Source: the human T2T-CHM13v2.0 reference genome, Homo sapiens. Taken from it: a stretch of DNA of 64,000 bases. Each line of letters opens with the position of its first letter. The stretch's first letter is position 1. Below, piece after piece: positions 30,601-45,400 of the stretch. Position numbers and translations under genes: made by a program. The notes beneath the pieces are model-generated. The model was not told the DNA's origin. It saw only the letters and a list, made by a program, of their open reading frames with translations, and did no database searches. Location: the NCBI RefSeq assembly GCF_009914755.1, contig NC_060939.1; one strand, 5' to 3'.

Positions 30601-33544
30601 AATTAGACTTTTTAAGAGACATAAAGTGTTATATTTCTGTAAGAGGTGCTTTCCAAACCCAAATCTAAAAATTTATCATTTCTGTTCCTTAAAGTATCAT
30701 TTTAATTTACAACTTATTTTCCCTTATTTGGCAATTTGGATACAGTGTCTGAAGCAGTAAATGGATTTAACCCCAATCTAATTTTTCTGTAAGAAGTAGG
30801 AGAGAGTCTAAGAATGACATACAAACCTGTCAAACCTGTTAAAACGAGCTAGACTTTCACACTTTCACCGGTGGAAAATGCTGTTCCTTCATGTCAACTG
30901 AAGGTAACTTTGATCACATTTTAGTACATGCCTTAGGGTGGCAAAGGGCAGTTTTTGCAAGGCACAGTTTACTTGAGGGCCTTCCAATCCTTGGGCTAAA
31001 TCAGAGAGAGAGGGGAGAGGGAGTGTGTGCGTGCATGCATGTGCTTTGTTTTGGAGAGAAGTGGGAGGCAAGGAGGAAAGAGAAGGACTGTAATGATGTA
31101 GTGACCGCCTTGGTCCTGGGCTAGGCAGAGGAAGTCTGTGCATGTGGATGTGTCTTAGTTGGGTACAACACTGAAAACATGAAGTGGTCATTTTCCAACC
31201 CAAGAACTGTAAGGGGTGGTAGTGGCTGCAGCAGCCAGGCCAGTGGTAGGGTCTAGAGTGGCCCCACCTGGACATACAGCATGTGGTTGCATTCCAGTCC
31301 AGGGGGACCGAGGGTAGAGCCAGGCCCAATGCCCTTGTGGGAGCCAGGAGTGAAAAGTGGGCAGAGCCTGAGGCAGTGGGAGGAAACCTGCCCCTGGAGG
31401 GCTTGATGCTCCTTACTCAGTGTTTCAGCCCAGGAGAAAAACCGCAAATACTTGCCTTGTGAGCCAAACCCTAGCTTAACAAGGATCAGCTAGTTAACAT
31501 GTGAAAAGTTGTCCCAAATGGAAACTGGATAAACAGGTCTGGCCTGATAAATAGCTAAAAGGTTTCCCAGTCAGGGATGGGGTGAGAGAGGCTTGGACAT
31601 TCTGGCCCGCAGGTCATTAATTATGCAAATTCTTACTGGGCTCTGGGAGGTTCTCAAGAACTTGGGCCCTGGGAGAGAGGGCCCCTCAGCCAGGCTGGAA
31701 GATGAGGCTCTGCCTGAACACTTGAGGAGGGCCTTTGCATACCCCAGGTGAACCTAGTAGAGGCTGAGCCCACCGGAGACGTTCCCAGCAGGCTTGAGTA
31801 AAGGTTAGGAAAGTGATTTCTGCATGCAATGTGATGTAGGCAGAAATGGGCAATTCGAAGGTCAAATGGGGCTCTCATTTACTAATGACTGTGGGCAACT
31901 TTCTGGTCCTTCCAGCCTCAGCCGCTTCCCTGTGTAAACTGGTGGAGCTGATAAGTTCCTGGAAGGATTATGAGGATTAACTGGAAAAATGTATGTAAAA
32001 TGCCTTGTTGTACCTAGAAAAGAATTGTGCTCATATTTTTCTTCCCTGTTCTATCATTAAACTGTTCCCCCATCAATGCCCCAAAATCTTATCTGCTTAT
32101 TTTTCTCTAAGAACTGGGTTCAAAATATGGTTTCAAACACTGAAGAATCAGAAGTTTGAGCTTTGAATCCTGGAGTTTCCCTAATTAGCTGTGTGACCTT
32201 GAGCCAATCCTACAGTCTTGGTATCCCATGAAATGGGAGGATTCTCCAGGTGATGGCTTAGGTACCCCCACCCCCCGCCCCACTCTGAGCTTCTTTCCGA
32301 ACACTCAGCAGTAGGACAGGAAGATCTGAAAGCAAGGGGTCTGCTTCATGTAGCATGATAAACACTCTTTGGACCGGAGTCTGAACACTTATAGATATCA
32401 GGGAGGTTCACATTGCTCCAGTTCATACTCGCGCGTGGATCCTAGAATTGGGCCATGAGGTAATGCCGAGAGTATGTGAACTGTTATAAATTAATACACT
32501 GATCTACTCTGCAGTGAGGTTCTTTCGGCTCTGATTTCTCCTTTTATGGTGTCTTTAGAGACAGGCAGGAGGTTAGGAGGTAGTTGACAGAGGAGTTACA
32601 AACACGTGTATTCACTGCATCAGGGCTGGAGCTTAGCTTTTGTTTTTGAGTTAGTTCTGTTGTTTGGGCTTGGTTAATCTGTGCCCGAACACTGAGATTA
32701 TTAGAAGGAAAAGACACCCTTAACTGGCCTCTTGCAGCAACAGACACTTGGTGGGAGGTAAGAGAAGGGGGAAATGGGACAAGGGAGAAAAGACCTTCCA
32801 ACTCTACCCAACCGAGTGGACCTATGAAAGACTGAAATCTCCAGTTTAATGTAGCCAGAACTGAGGTCAGGGTCTGGCCATTGTCTGGAAACCAGAGTTG
32901 GAGTTCTGGGGCTGTCAGTGAAGACCTGTCTGTCCTAAAGGTCACCTCTGTTTCTATAGAAACAGGTGCCTGAGTGACCAGTGTTTACGAGTTAAAAGCA
33001 GGCTCCTTGCAGGACATCACACTGTGTCTTGCTCCAGCCACTGGCCATCTCTGCGGCCTCGCCTCTTCTCAGGACATTTTGTCCTGACCTCACCTACCCT
33101 GAGATCTTTTTGTTAGCTTTGTGTTCTGCCCTTAAGATATCACTTAAGAACTCCCTCTGGGTTCTTCATAGCATTTTAGCATTCTTAGTATGTTTTATCT
33201 CCATTAAACTTTTTCAGTGTTCTATGCTGAGTTTTTTGTATTTTTTGTCTCTGTCTACCCAAACTGTTACTTCTGCCTGAGCCTCCCTTTTATTGATTTT
33301 TTTAATCCAGAAATACTCCTACTCATCCTTCCAAACCCCCAAGTTTAATGACTCAGGAAATCTTTGCCGACCCTCTCAGATATTTAATTATCCCCTCCCC
33401 CAACCGTCACCTCTGTACTTTGCACAAATGTCCCATGAAGCTGATCACAGTGCATTACTTTATATTTTTTTACTTGCCTTGTCACTCTCTAACAATATAA
33501 CCTCATTAAAAATGAGAGCCGTACATTATCTATTATCGATCAGG

Positions 33545-34080
<536 letters not shown>

Positions 34081-34603
34081 TGATGTTGATCCGAATTTCT
34101 AGGCTTCATTATTGCATTTGGACCTTAACACTTAATCAGTAGATGTTTGCAGGTTGGCTTTGTACTGTGTGTCTCCCTGACTGGACCGTGTGCTTGCTGA
34201 GGCAGTGTGCGGGTACACCTGCTCCTTGGCATATGCCTTGGCTTCACATCTTGCCAGGATGGGTCTCTCGTCCCCATTTCATAGATGAGGAACCCAAGGC
34301 TCAGAGAGGTTGAAGGACTTGCTGAAGGTCACTTTAAAGACCAGAATATGGTAGAAGTCCTGGAACTCTGAATGGGAGCTTAGACCCGGTGCTTCCAAAA
34401 TGCCATCCACCCTGTAGCTTTAAGGCTCTGGACCCTGAAACCAAATCCATGAGGGATGAGCTGGAAGAGCCAGGCCGTGTGACCCATTTTCCGCTGTGCT
34501 GGGAGCTTGCGCACCCTCTGGAGCTTCCTTGCTGTGACTGCCTTCCACTTCCTAGGCTGTCTTTTGTAGGTCCATGTTTGGGCCTTAATGAGCATCCAGA
34601 GAC

Positions 34604-34899
34604 TTTTTTTTTTTTTTTTTTTTGCGACACAGTTTTACTCTGTCACCCAGCCTGGAGTGCAATGGTGCAATCTCTGCTTGCTGCAACCTCTGCCTGCTGG
34701 GTTCAAGCAATTCTCCTGCCTCAACCTCCTGAGTAGCTGAGATTACAGGTGCCCACCACCACACCTGGCTAATATTTTTAGTAGAGACAGAGTTTCGTCA
34801 TGTTGACCAGGGTAGTCTTGAACTCTTGAGCTCAGGTGGTCCACCCACCTCTGCCTCCCAAAGTCCTAGGATTACAGGCGTGAGCCACCGTGCCCAGCC
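34604..34899 (-). mobile_element. AluS
   Basis: Reverse Alu; TSD ccagaga(c/t)t. Confidence 0.93.
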
Positions 34900-35120
34900 C
34901 CAGAGATTATTTTCATAAGCTTTCCCTGGGAGTTCACTTATGAAAACGGGTTGGGAGGGTCTACACTGGTCCCTACAGTTCCTGGGGTAGATGTGCAGGT
35001 AATGGTCTCCCCATTGTTTCCCAGTGTCTTGCATTTCCTCTCTCTCCCATTTCTTTTTTCTTTTGTTGCCTTGCCTTTTCTTTTCTATTGTCTCTTCTGT
35101 CTTCCCTCTCTCTCCCTTTT

Positions 35121-35747
<627 letters not shown>

Positions 35748-37107
35748 CTCTCTCCCTTTTCTTCCTTTTTTCTCCTACCTCCCTCACAACCCTCTTTTCT
35801 TCCTTCCTTCCTTTCCTTTCATTTGGTTTATTTCCACCTACTAGGTTTTTATTATATTTCATCTAGAATAATGACCTTAATGCTCTAACGATTTTTTTTT
35901 CTAAAAGTAGCTTGTGTTCAACATAAAGTATTCAAACAATCCAATTGAAAGCCAAGAAGACAGTAAAAAATTACTCCATATCCTACCACAGAGGATTAAC
36001 TCTTGTTAACAGTAGATGAGGATAGTCACAGCTGTCTGTAACAGGAGATGGGGAGGGGTAGAATAAGTGGATTGATGGGTGGACATGCAGATGCAGAAAC
36101 TGATACATCCTTTGATTGACTGAAACGCTTTTTCATAAAAAAAAAAGGTGGGGGACAGTAGGTGTTATTTAATAACATCTACTAAATCCCATTTATTTCC
36201 TGGAGTTTAAAAATAACATAGCTGATGAGGTTTTAAAATACGCTTTGGGAACCTGGAACAGAGAGAGTTTGTGTTACAGAGACTGCCACGGGGAGTGCAC
36301 AGTACTCACGGTGCACATGATGCGTAGAAGAAAGAAATGGGGGCTTGTGCTGGGCTTGCACTCTTGGTCCTCTGCCTGCAGGCACTTGGAGATCCTGAAG
36401 TCAGAGGACAGCCTGAAAACAGGAGAGAAGAAACAACAGGGGTGCAGTCTCAGCATGGGAGTCCCTCCCTTCTCTGACCCCCACCTTGAGCTGATCGCCA
36501 TGCAGGTTAATAGCTTTCACTCCGGGTTTCCTTGCCTTCCCCCTGCCCACCCCCAACTTCTGCCCCTGCCCTGGTGTGCCCTGGCAAGCGCAGACCCTGC
36601 AGTGGCTGCACAGTGGCCCTTGGGGACATTCCGTGGCTACAGCCACTTTGGCTACTCTGACATGTTCGTCCTTGTTCTCCAGGCAGCCGTGTTGGAGGGG
36701 ATCCCACCTCAGCCATGGACGGTGCCTGAAGCGGCCCTCCCCACCCCACAGCAGCTGATGGGGGTCCTTGGATACCAACTAGATGTCTTCTTTCTTGTGG
36801 CAAATTCTCTTTTGAGGCTGTGTGTGCCAGGCACACCCAGATCCTCAGAGACAGTCAACAAGTGTTGAGCTTCAGAAGGTCTTTGAGTTCCGTTTGTGCT
36901 CGAGTTTTTCTGTTCTCTTCCTCCCGACTGGCCCATCTTGCATATAGAAGGGTCTTAAGAGACAGCCTTTGCCATATGCTAAAAGGTTCCATTTTACCCA
37001 TATGCCAGAGCCTTTGTGCTTACTGGGCATGTATTATCAGAGCTGGGAGGGAAAATTATTTCTTCTCTGGACAAACAAAGTCCACCCCTAAATGATCTGC
37101 CTTGACT

Positions 37108-37219
37108 AAGCCAGTGGCTCATGCCTGTAATCCCAACATTTTGGGAGGCAGAGGTGGAGGCTCTCTTAAGGCCAGAAGTTCAAGACCAGCCTGCATAATA
37201 TAGCGAGACCCTATCTCTA
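37108..37219 (+). mobile_element. Alu left monomer (FLAM-like)
   Basis: cagtggctcatgcctgtaatcccaac...gagaccctatctcta. Confidence 0.8.
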
Positions 37220-37340
37220 GTAGGTAGGTAGGTAGATAGATGGATATATTAGATATAAAGAGAGATAGATGGATATGTTAGATGAATTAGATAGATTAGA
37301 TAGACCCTGTCTCTACTGATTGATTGATAAATAATAAATA
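37220..37340. repeat. Compound TAGG/TAGA/TGAT/TAAA microsatellite
   Basis: gtaggtaggtaggtagatagatgg...gattgattgataaataataaata. Confidence 0.85.
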
Positions 37341-37715
37341 GCCTGCCTTGCCCGCTGTATTAGTTTCCAGGGTATGCCATGACAGATGACTGTAAAGTTA
37401 GTGGTTTAAAACAACAAAAATTATTTTCTAACCATCTCAGAGGGGAAAAGTCCAAAGTCAAGGTGTCATCAGGGTTGGCTTCGTCTGGAGTCTCTGAGGG
37501 TGAATCCTCACTTTCCTCTTCCAGCTTTTGGTGGCACCCAGCAATCACTGGCCTTCCTTGACTTTTAGGCACATTGCTCAAGCCTCTGCCTTTGTCTTCA
37601 AGTGACCTTCTGCTCTGTGTGTTTCTGTGACTGAAAATCCCTGTGCTTTCTCTTATAAGGACACCTGTCACTGGATTTAGGGCCATCCTAAATCTAGGAT
37701 AATCTCATCTCAGGA

Positions 37716-38344
<629 letters not shown>

Positions 38345-39799
38345 CAGCCAGGATTCTTAATAACATCTGTGAAGATTCTATTTCCAAATAAGGTGATATG
38401 TGCAGATTCCAGGGTCAGGACTTGGGCATATTTGGGAGAAGGGAGGGCACCATTCAGCTCACCACTTCCACCTTATGGAGCATTGACGACCTCTTCAAAC
38501 ATGTTTCACGCCTCAGGGAGCATACATGCAGGGGGCTGGCTGGGTGCCTGTTCCACAGACCTCACATCCTTTATCCTTTATGTCCTCCACAGTACTCAGC
38601 ACTGTGCCGTAAGCATATCTTTGTTTCATGCCAAACATGCTAATTTAGGAAAAATAATAAATTGGGTGAAAATTTCTCTGGGCTCCGGGTAGGGGCATTC
38701 TTTCATAATCAGAAAAAGAAATGTAGAAGCACCAAATTGTATCATGAGCATTCACAAAGATTTCTTGTGCCTACTTCCACGGATGTACAAGGTCTACTCA
38801 ACAAATGTGGCCTTTGCCTGCCAGCATCTTTGGGGCCGTGGGAAGGATTTTGAAAATGGTGTACTCTCCATGTCTGTGTCTCAGGTCCAGATCGTGAGAT
38901 CTGTCAAGGTGGGAGATGCCCTTTAGATATGATGACAGAAAAGTGAGCCAAGAATTCTGAGTATGTGAGTGGTCATGTGGGAGATGGGTAGCAAGCAGTG
39001 TGTGGGTTAGAGGGGGCGAAAGAGTCACAGAGAAAATCGGGAGACAAAGTCCAAAAGGAAACTGTTCTCAGAGTTCTTCATCTTTATCCTTGATCCTTTC
39101 TTAGTGTAGCCTGGGTCTGTGATATTGGCTGTAATTATATATGTGATTTCTCATTTCTGTATGGTATGTTTTTGTTCTGTTTCAGTATGCAAGTGGCGGG
39201 GGGTTGGGGGGGTGGGTAGGGGGCAAAGGGAAGGATTGATTGTGAATAAGGAGGAGTTGTATACTTGTGGCCTGCCAGATAGAAAGGGCTTTTCAAGTGC
39301 CAGCAGCTCCCATCCTGGGCCAGAGGGTATGTAGGAGGGAGTCTGATACAGGGGCAAGGTAGGGCCAAAGGCACCCCGGGCTGCCTGTGAGAGGAGAGTG
39401 CTGACCTCTGTGATTGGCCCTTTCTTCAAACGGAGCTGGTGCCGTCTGAAAGCAAATTAAGATTTTTTTTAACTTAAACCAATTGGATTTGGTAATAAAT
39501 CACACATAACGAGAAATCTGGAGGTAGCCAGTCTGAGGGCTTGCTAATTTAGCAGCTCAACAATGGCAGATCTCTGGGGTGGCTTCTCTGAGTTTTTAGT
39601 GGCTTTTCCCTATTTGCAAAATAATTGTGACAGGTCCAGGCCTCAGCTTTGATGGGTGAATGTCTATGTCAGGTGGAAAGGAAGCACTTTTCCTTTAGGC
39701 AGTTGTTGCTAGAGAAGAACATCTTTCTAAGATGCCCCTAAAGACATTCCGTTAGAGTGCCTTCGCCAGAATAAGTGAACATAATTCTTTGGGTGTTTT

Positions 39800-41300
39800 T
39801 TTTTTTTTTAATTATTTTACTTTGAAACAGTCTCAAACTTATATGGTAGTTAAAGCCCTGTACGAAGAGTTCTTTTGTTTTCGGACTTACTTGAGAGTAA
39901 GTTGCCAATGTGATACATTGCCACTCCCCCAGGTTTCCTGTAAACAAAAAAATTCTCATACATAACCACAAAGCAACCATCAGAATCAGGACATTCATAT
40001 TGATATATTGCTACCACCCAGTCCCCAAACATTCAAGTTTCACCAGTTGTCCTGAGTGTCCCAATAATGTCCTTAGAGTGGAAGTATCTGATTCAGAATC
40101 ACACGCTGTATTTAGTTGTCGCATCTCTTTGGTCTCCTTCAGCCTGGAAGTATTTCTTATTCTCTTGTTGACTTTCGTGACATGATCTTGACATGTTTGA
40201 AGAATATAGACCATTATTAGGTAGCATGGCCCTCAGTTTGGGTTTGTGCAGTGTTTCCTCATGATTAGATTCAGTCGATGAATTTTTGGCAGGAAAATAA
40301 CAGAAGTGATGGGGTATTCTTATTGTATCCTGTTAGGTGATACAGCTTGTCCATTTGCTCCTTTATTCAGCCATTTATTTGTGTCAGCATGGACACATGG
40401 ATTTCCCTTCTACTCAATGGGTTTTGACCTGTTACCATTATTATTTGCTTTGAAGCTCTAATTGCCCCGTATTTGGCTAGTGAGAGCCACTTTGGCCTGG
40501 CTTCAGTGTCTTTTTTGACACATCTCCATCACTCTTTGAGCACTTCTTCACTTTCAGGTATGACACGATGTTTCAAGCTTGTATTTTACCAGTCCTAGCC
40601 CTGGAATCAGCCATTTTTCCAAGGAGCCCTCGTCCATTTTTTTTGGAGAATAGTATTTACAAGCCAAAATCTGGGCAATAAATGTACCTGTTGCTCTTGT
40701 GGTGTTGCTGCTCCTAGACCCTTGCAGTCAAACAGAGCTGGGCAATGCGTCTTATGTATGTAAGCACATATTTATTATGTGTGTATTTCTGTATTCATCT
40801 GTATATTAAAAATTGTCAGTTCACACACATCTCAAATTCCGAATAACATCATAAGTTTCATTTTCATTTTCTTTTTTTTTTTTTTTTTTTTTTGAGACGG
40901 AGTCTCACTCTGTTGCCCAGGTTGGAGTGCAATGGTGTGATCTTGGCTCACCGCAGCCTCCGCCTCCTGGGTTCAAGCAATTCTCCTGCCTCCGCTTCCT
41001 GAGTAGCTGAGATTACAGGCGCGTGCCACCACACCTGGCTAATTTTTGTATTTTTAGTAGAGACAGGGTTTCACCATGCTGGCCAGGCTGGTCTCGAACT
41101 CCCGACCTCAGGCGATCTGCCCGCCTCGGTGTCCCAAAGTGCTGGGATTACAGGTGTGAGCCACCGTGCCCGGCTCATTCTCATTTTCTCTCTTTCTGCA
41201 GTTGTAACTCTCTTCTCTGGCCATGAGAAATCTAGGTTCCATTATCTTTTATATTTTTACTGTGTACTCCGTCACCCTGAATGTAATCAATTTCACGTCA
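39800..41300 (-). mobile_element. L1MC4/5-like 3' fragment interrupted by an Alu
   Basis: ccagttgtcctgagtgtcccaataatgtcctt; ccctggaatcagccatttttccaaggagccct. Confidence 0.75.
40872..41175 (-). mobile_element. AluS
   Basis: Reverse Alu; TSD catt(t/c)tcattttct. Confidence 0.95.
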
Positions 41301-41642
41301 CCACTGTCCCCCTGCCCTATGTAGATGCCCAGTTAGCACCATGTCACCCTCCCTCATATGTGGATGCCATCTCCCTGCCACTAGGGCTCTGACACCTTGC
41401 CCTGGGCCACTGCCAGATGGACATCTCCCTTGCATGGCTGCTGAACACACACTTGTAAAGGCAAGGAGTTTGACTTTATCAAGGTCTCTACTTTCTATCT
41501 ATATACATTTATTCATTCAAGCATTTCTGCCTTACTTGACTGATAACTTTGGTGTCCCATCGATTACCCTTCTTTTGGCGGGGATCCTCCTGGTCCTCTT
41601 TAGACTTGCAGGTACAGGGGCTGCCATGGGGTTTTTATATAC

Positions 41643-41810
41643 CTGTGCAGTCCAATGTGCTAGCCAGTAGTCCCATATCAAAATTTAAAATTCAGTTTCT
41701 CACTTGTGCTAGCTGTGTTTTTAGTGCTGAATAGCCGCATATGACTAGTGGCTACCATGTTGGACAGTGTAGATATAGAACATTTCCATCATCACAGAAA
41801 GTTCTCTTGT
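41643..41810 (-). mobile_element. MER3 (hAT-Charlie)
   Basis: ctagtggctaccatgttggacagtgtagatatagaacatttccatcatcacagaaagttct. Confidence 0.85.
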
Positions 41811-42235
41811 TCTCCTAACTTAACATTGATCCTTCTCTGACTTCAACTTAATTTTTCAGTGTTCAGATGATCAGCCGGACCACCCAAACACTCAGCAGTC
41901 CTTCATGCTAACTAGCCCGTCTCCATACCCACATAATAACAATTTCAGTAATCTTACCCTCTGCATACTCATTCCCAATACCCATGGGTCTATCCCTGTT
42001 GCCCCAGACCATCCATAATACATGATCTGCAAAGGGAACAGAGTGTTTGAAACTGAGACTATTTTGTAAAATCTTGAACATGTAGTTGCGATAATATAAA
42101 ATGAGAGTAGTTAAAATCTTGCTTTTCTGAGCTTTTGAAATGCTTGTTTTCAGGTCATCCCTGGGAATCTCAGTTCCAGGTTGTCTTTTCGGCTCCTCAA
42201 TACCCAACCCTTTTGTAGAGCCTCCTCCTCCAGAC

Positions 42236-42385
42236 CAGTGCTTTTCAAACTTTAATGTGCGGAAGAACCACTGAAAACTGTTGTTAGAATGCAGGTTCTG
42301 ATTCAGTAGGTCCACATGAACCTGCGATTCTGCATTTTAATGAACCTCAATTGATGCTGTTGTTGCTGCTCTGAGGACCATGCCA
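42236..42385. mobile_element. MER5-type MITE
   Basis: cagtgcttttcaaactttaatgtgc...tgcaggttctgattcagtagg...ttctgcatttt. Confidence 0.8.
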
Positions 42386-42461
42386 ACAGGCCCCGAATGT
42401 CTGCCATATGGAAGCTCAGAATTGTCAACACTCCCTCTGCTTTTCCTTTGTCTTCCCTCAG

Positions 42462-42492
42462 AACACCTGCTCACCATGACCTGTACATCCAG
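42462..42492 (+). other. Candidate 31-nt exon
   Basis: ctccctctgcttttcctttgtcttccctcAG|AACACC...ATCCAG|GTGAGT. Confidence 0.5.
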
Positions 42493-45400
42493 GTGAGTGT
42501 TGGTTTTCAACAGAGATACCTTGCGAGTCTGTGCTCTGGCAATGCCACCACTCCAGAAAACAGCTCAGAGCTTAGCTCTTAGTTGTGTTCAGAGCCCGAT
42601 TGAGCTAAAGAAGGGACAACTCTCTGTTTTATAGTCACACCTAATCTAATGGCTGTTGTAGCCTTTGATTAAAACTTATGCTTCCCAATACAAATTGTTG
42701 CTCCAGATTTGGTCCCAAAGGATACGACTGTTAGCAAAAACCAAATTTACCTGCTAAAGGATGAGCTATTTAAAAGGAATGTGTCACTTGCTGTGTAACT
42801 GCATTCCAACAAGGAGTTACATAAATGTTTTGAGACAGCAGCATCTTTGGAGTAAGTGCCAAGCCTCCAGAGGAACCCTGGTAAAGGGAAGCAGTGGTCT
42901 CATTTGGATATGCAGGTTCTTGCATTTTTGTTATGAAATCTACTCTCCTTTGAAGTTACCTCTTGTATTGTAATCTCTATAGTAATCCATTCTGTATTTC
43001 AGACATAAATTCTCTTTTTCTGGGCCATCCTTCCTATCTGTGTTCACAAGTCCATGCCATCTGCCAACATTTTGCCACGTGGAGTGGTAGGAAAACCAGG
43101 ACAGGAGCAAGCTGACCCAGCTTCAAATCCCATTTCAATTGTTAGCAGTGAGATCATAGGCAATTTCTTAACTTCTCTGACCTTCAGTATTCTAATTAAA
43201 AACAAGGCTACTCCGAGTTACAGGGATTAAAGTAGATATGTTGTATACAAAATGTAAATTGGATACAGAAGTGGCCAGCCCAGAAAAGCACCTAAAATTG
43301 TTGTTTCCCTTTCTTATTTTTTTCTCTTTAGTATTAATTACTTCTTTGCTTAATTCATTCCTTCTTCATTCACATGCGTACATTTGCACAATGTAGAAAA
43401 CAAAGATGACACGAGCCTGTTCACTTCTCCACATGCCTGTCCATCTCCCCCTGCCCCTATCAACATGTCTTGAAGGTGTGGCCACTGGCCGTTTGCATCA
43501 CCTTTCTGTCTACGTAGCACCTGTCAGTGACCCCTGACCCCAGAGCACCTGCCCTTAGCCTTGAGAAGCCTGTATTTTCCCTGCTGGGCTCACCTCTGGG
43601 AGGTAGCATTCCCATTGTCTCTTCACTGGATGGCACTCTCACAGGTTAAAAGTGGGCCACACCCAGCAGTAGCCAAAGACCACTGTAGGAAGAACAAGAT
43701 TGCTGAGTTAGTTTTTGATTTTCTTTTGCTTTCACATGTTTTGGAGAAATGGGATGAGGCTGCATGTGCTTAGGTTTGAGTTTGGGATGGGATAGGGGTC
43801 CTTACTCTTAGAGGCAGCAGGGGTTTGTAAGGGTAACAGAGATTCAGTGTGGGCCCAGGGAAGGGGGAGCTGAAACACAGCTGGTCTCAGGAAGGAGGTG
43901 GAGGGCGAAAGGGAAAGACGGGGATGGTCCATTTCAGCAGAAGCAAAGGTTTCCAGTCCATTAATTTTAACGTAATGCAAATCGGTTTATGGAAGTGCTG
44001 ACATGCCGTTATTTAAAAAGCATGAGTAGCATGATAATTAAATCTCCATCTATATTTTATTCTAGAACATTTATAGTGTATCCTTGCCCAGCTGGGGAGA
44101 TAGATTTCCAGCCTTATAATAATTATATAAACTGCAAATTACTAAAAAAAAAAAAAAAAAATGAACATTGATGCCAAAAACAAGGTGGGATATATTAATG
44201 TAAACTTCATTAAGTTGAACTCAGCTTTGTCCTTGAGTTTGACCACATTTACTCACTAAAAATATCTCAAAGTTATGCTTTTCAGCATATAACAAGAAAG
44301 GATATGGTGTCTGTTTAATGTTCGTTTTTGGCACCTTCACTTTGAAGCAGACATTCTTGGTGGGGAGCCCTAGAATTTAGTCATTCCCTGCCAAGCAGAG
44401 AAGTGGAACAGGAATGAACCCTTTACTGGGAATCAGGACCCCTGAGTTCTGCACCTGGGGCTGCCAGTGACCGCTTAAGTGACCTCCCCTCTGGCTCTCT
44501 GGCACATAAGGAACCAAGGTGTTGCAACTCCTAAAAGTGACTATTTTTTGACTTGAATTTTTATTTTTCTTCTTCATTGCTTAAAATAAAAATCTCCCAA
44601 CATAGCCCTTTACAAAACTCTGAAGTTTAGTTTCCTTAATTTGAAAGAAATTCAGCTAGAAAGAATGGCCAACAAGCTTGAGCTGTCCATGGAAGTTTAG
44701 GAGGATGGTGCAGGGATGAGGAGGGGAGGTGAGCTGAGGCCTTGGGGGAGGGCACATGGAAAAATAACAGAGCTGGGAACAAGGATGTGCCATTACCAGA
44801 TTCAGGGCGTCTCCTGTGTGCAAGTGTATCATTCCAGGCAAACCACGTGGCCACACTTTTGTATTAAGCTTGTTGGTAACTCTCCTAAGAAACCCCACTG
44901 GCGGTGGCTGTTTTATTACCTTTAAGCTGACCTGATACATGAGACCACTCAGGTCCCTGTGTTCAAGGTGCATAGTCAGACAAGTTTGTCACCACGCTGT
45001 GGTGGGAACAGCTTTGTACCGGTTGGGGTACCGATGACCTCTGCTTGGGAAGTGCTTTCTAAGGCCAGCTGTGGTCCTGGGGTATCAGGTCAATGGCTGG
45101 GGAACTGCCCTGAGGAGTAGCAGAAGTCCATCTGCATTCTGTGGGAAAACAGCCTCTGCAGCACAATTGAACGTTGCATGGTAAATCAATCACAGGCCGT
45201 GAGCACTGCAAGAGGTTTTAGAGATCATCTGGTGCAAGCCTGTCTTTTATACAGCAGAAGCCCAAACCTAGCTAGTGAGGAGCAGGACCAATCTGATACC
45301 TGGTGCTGAGCTGAGCTTTCTGCATTTCCCACCATAATACATCATATATCATGATTGCAAAGGGAAAAGAAAAATCCCTTCTTTAGGGAAACTATACATA

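Noticed and set aside
36245-36868. 207-aa ORF next to the RPL17 copy
   Set aside because: Non-ATG start, no recognisable domain, and several overlapping ORFs on both strands, as expected in GC-richer noncoding DNA. An internal acceptor-like site (~36682) lacks a good donor.
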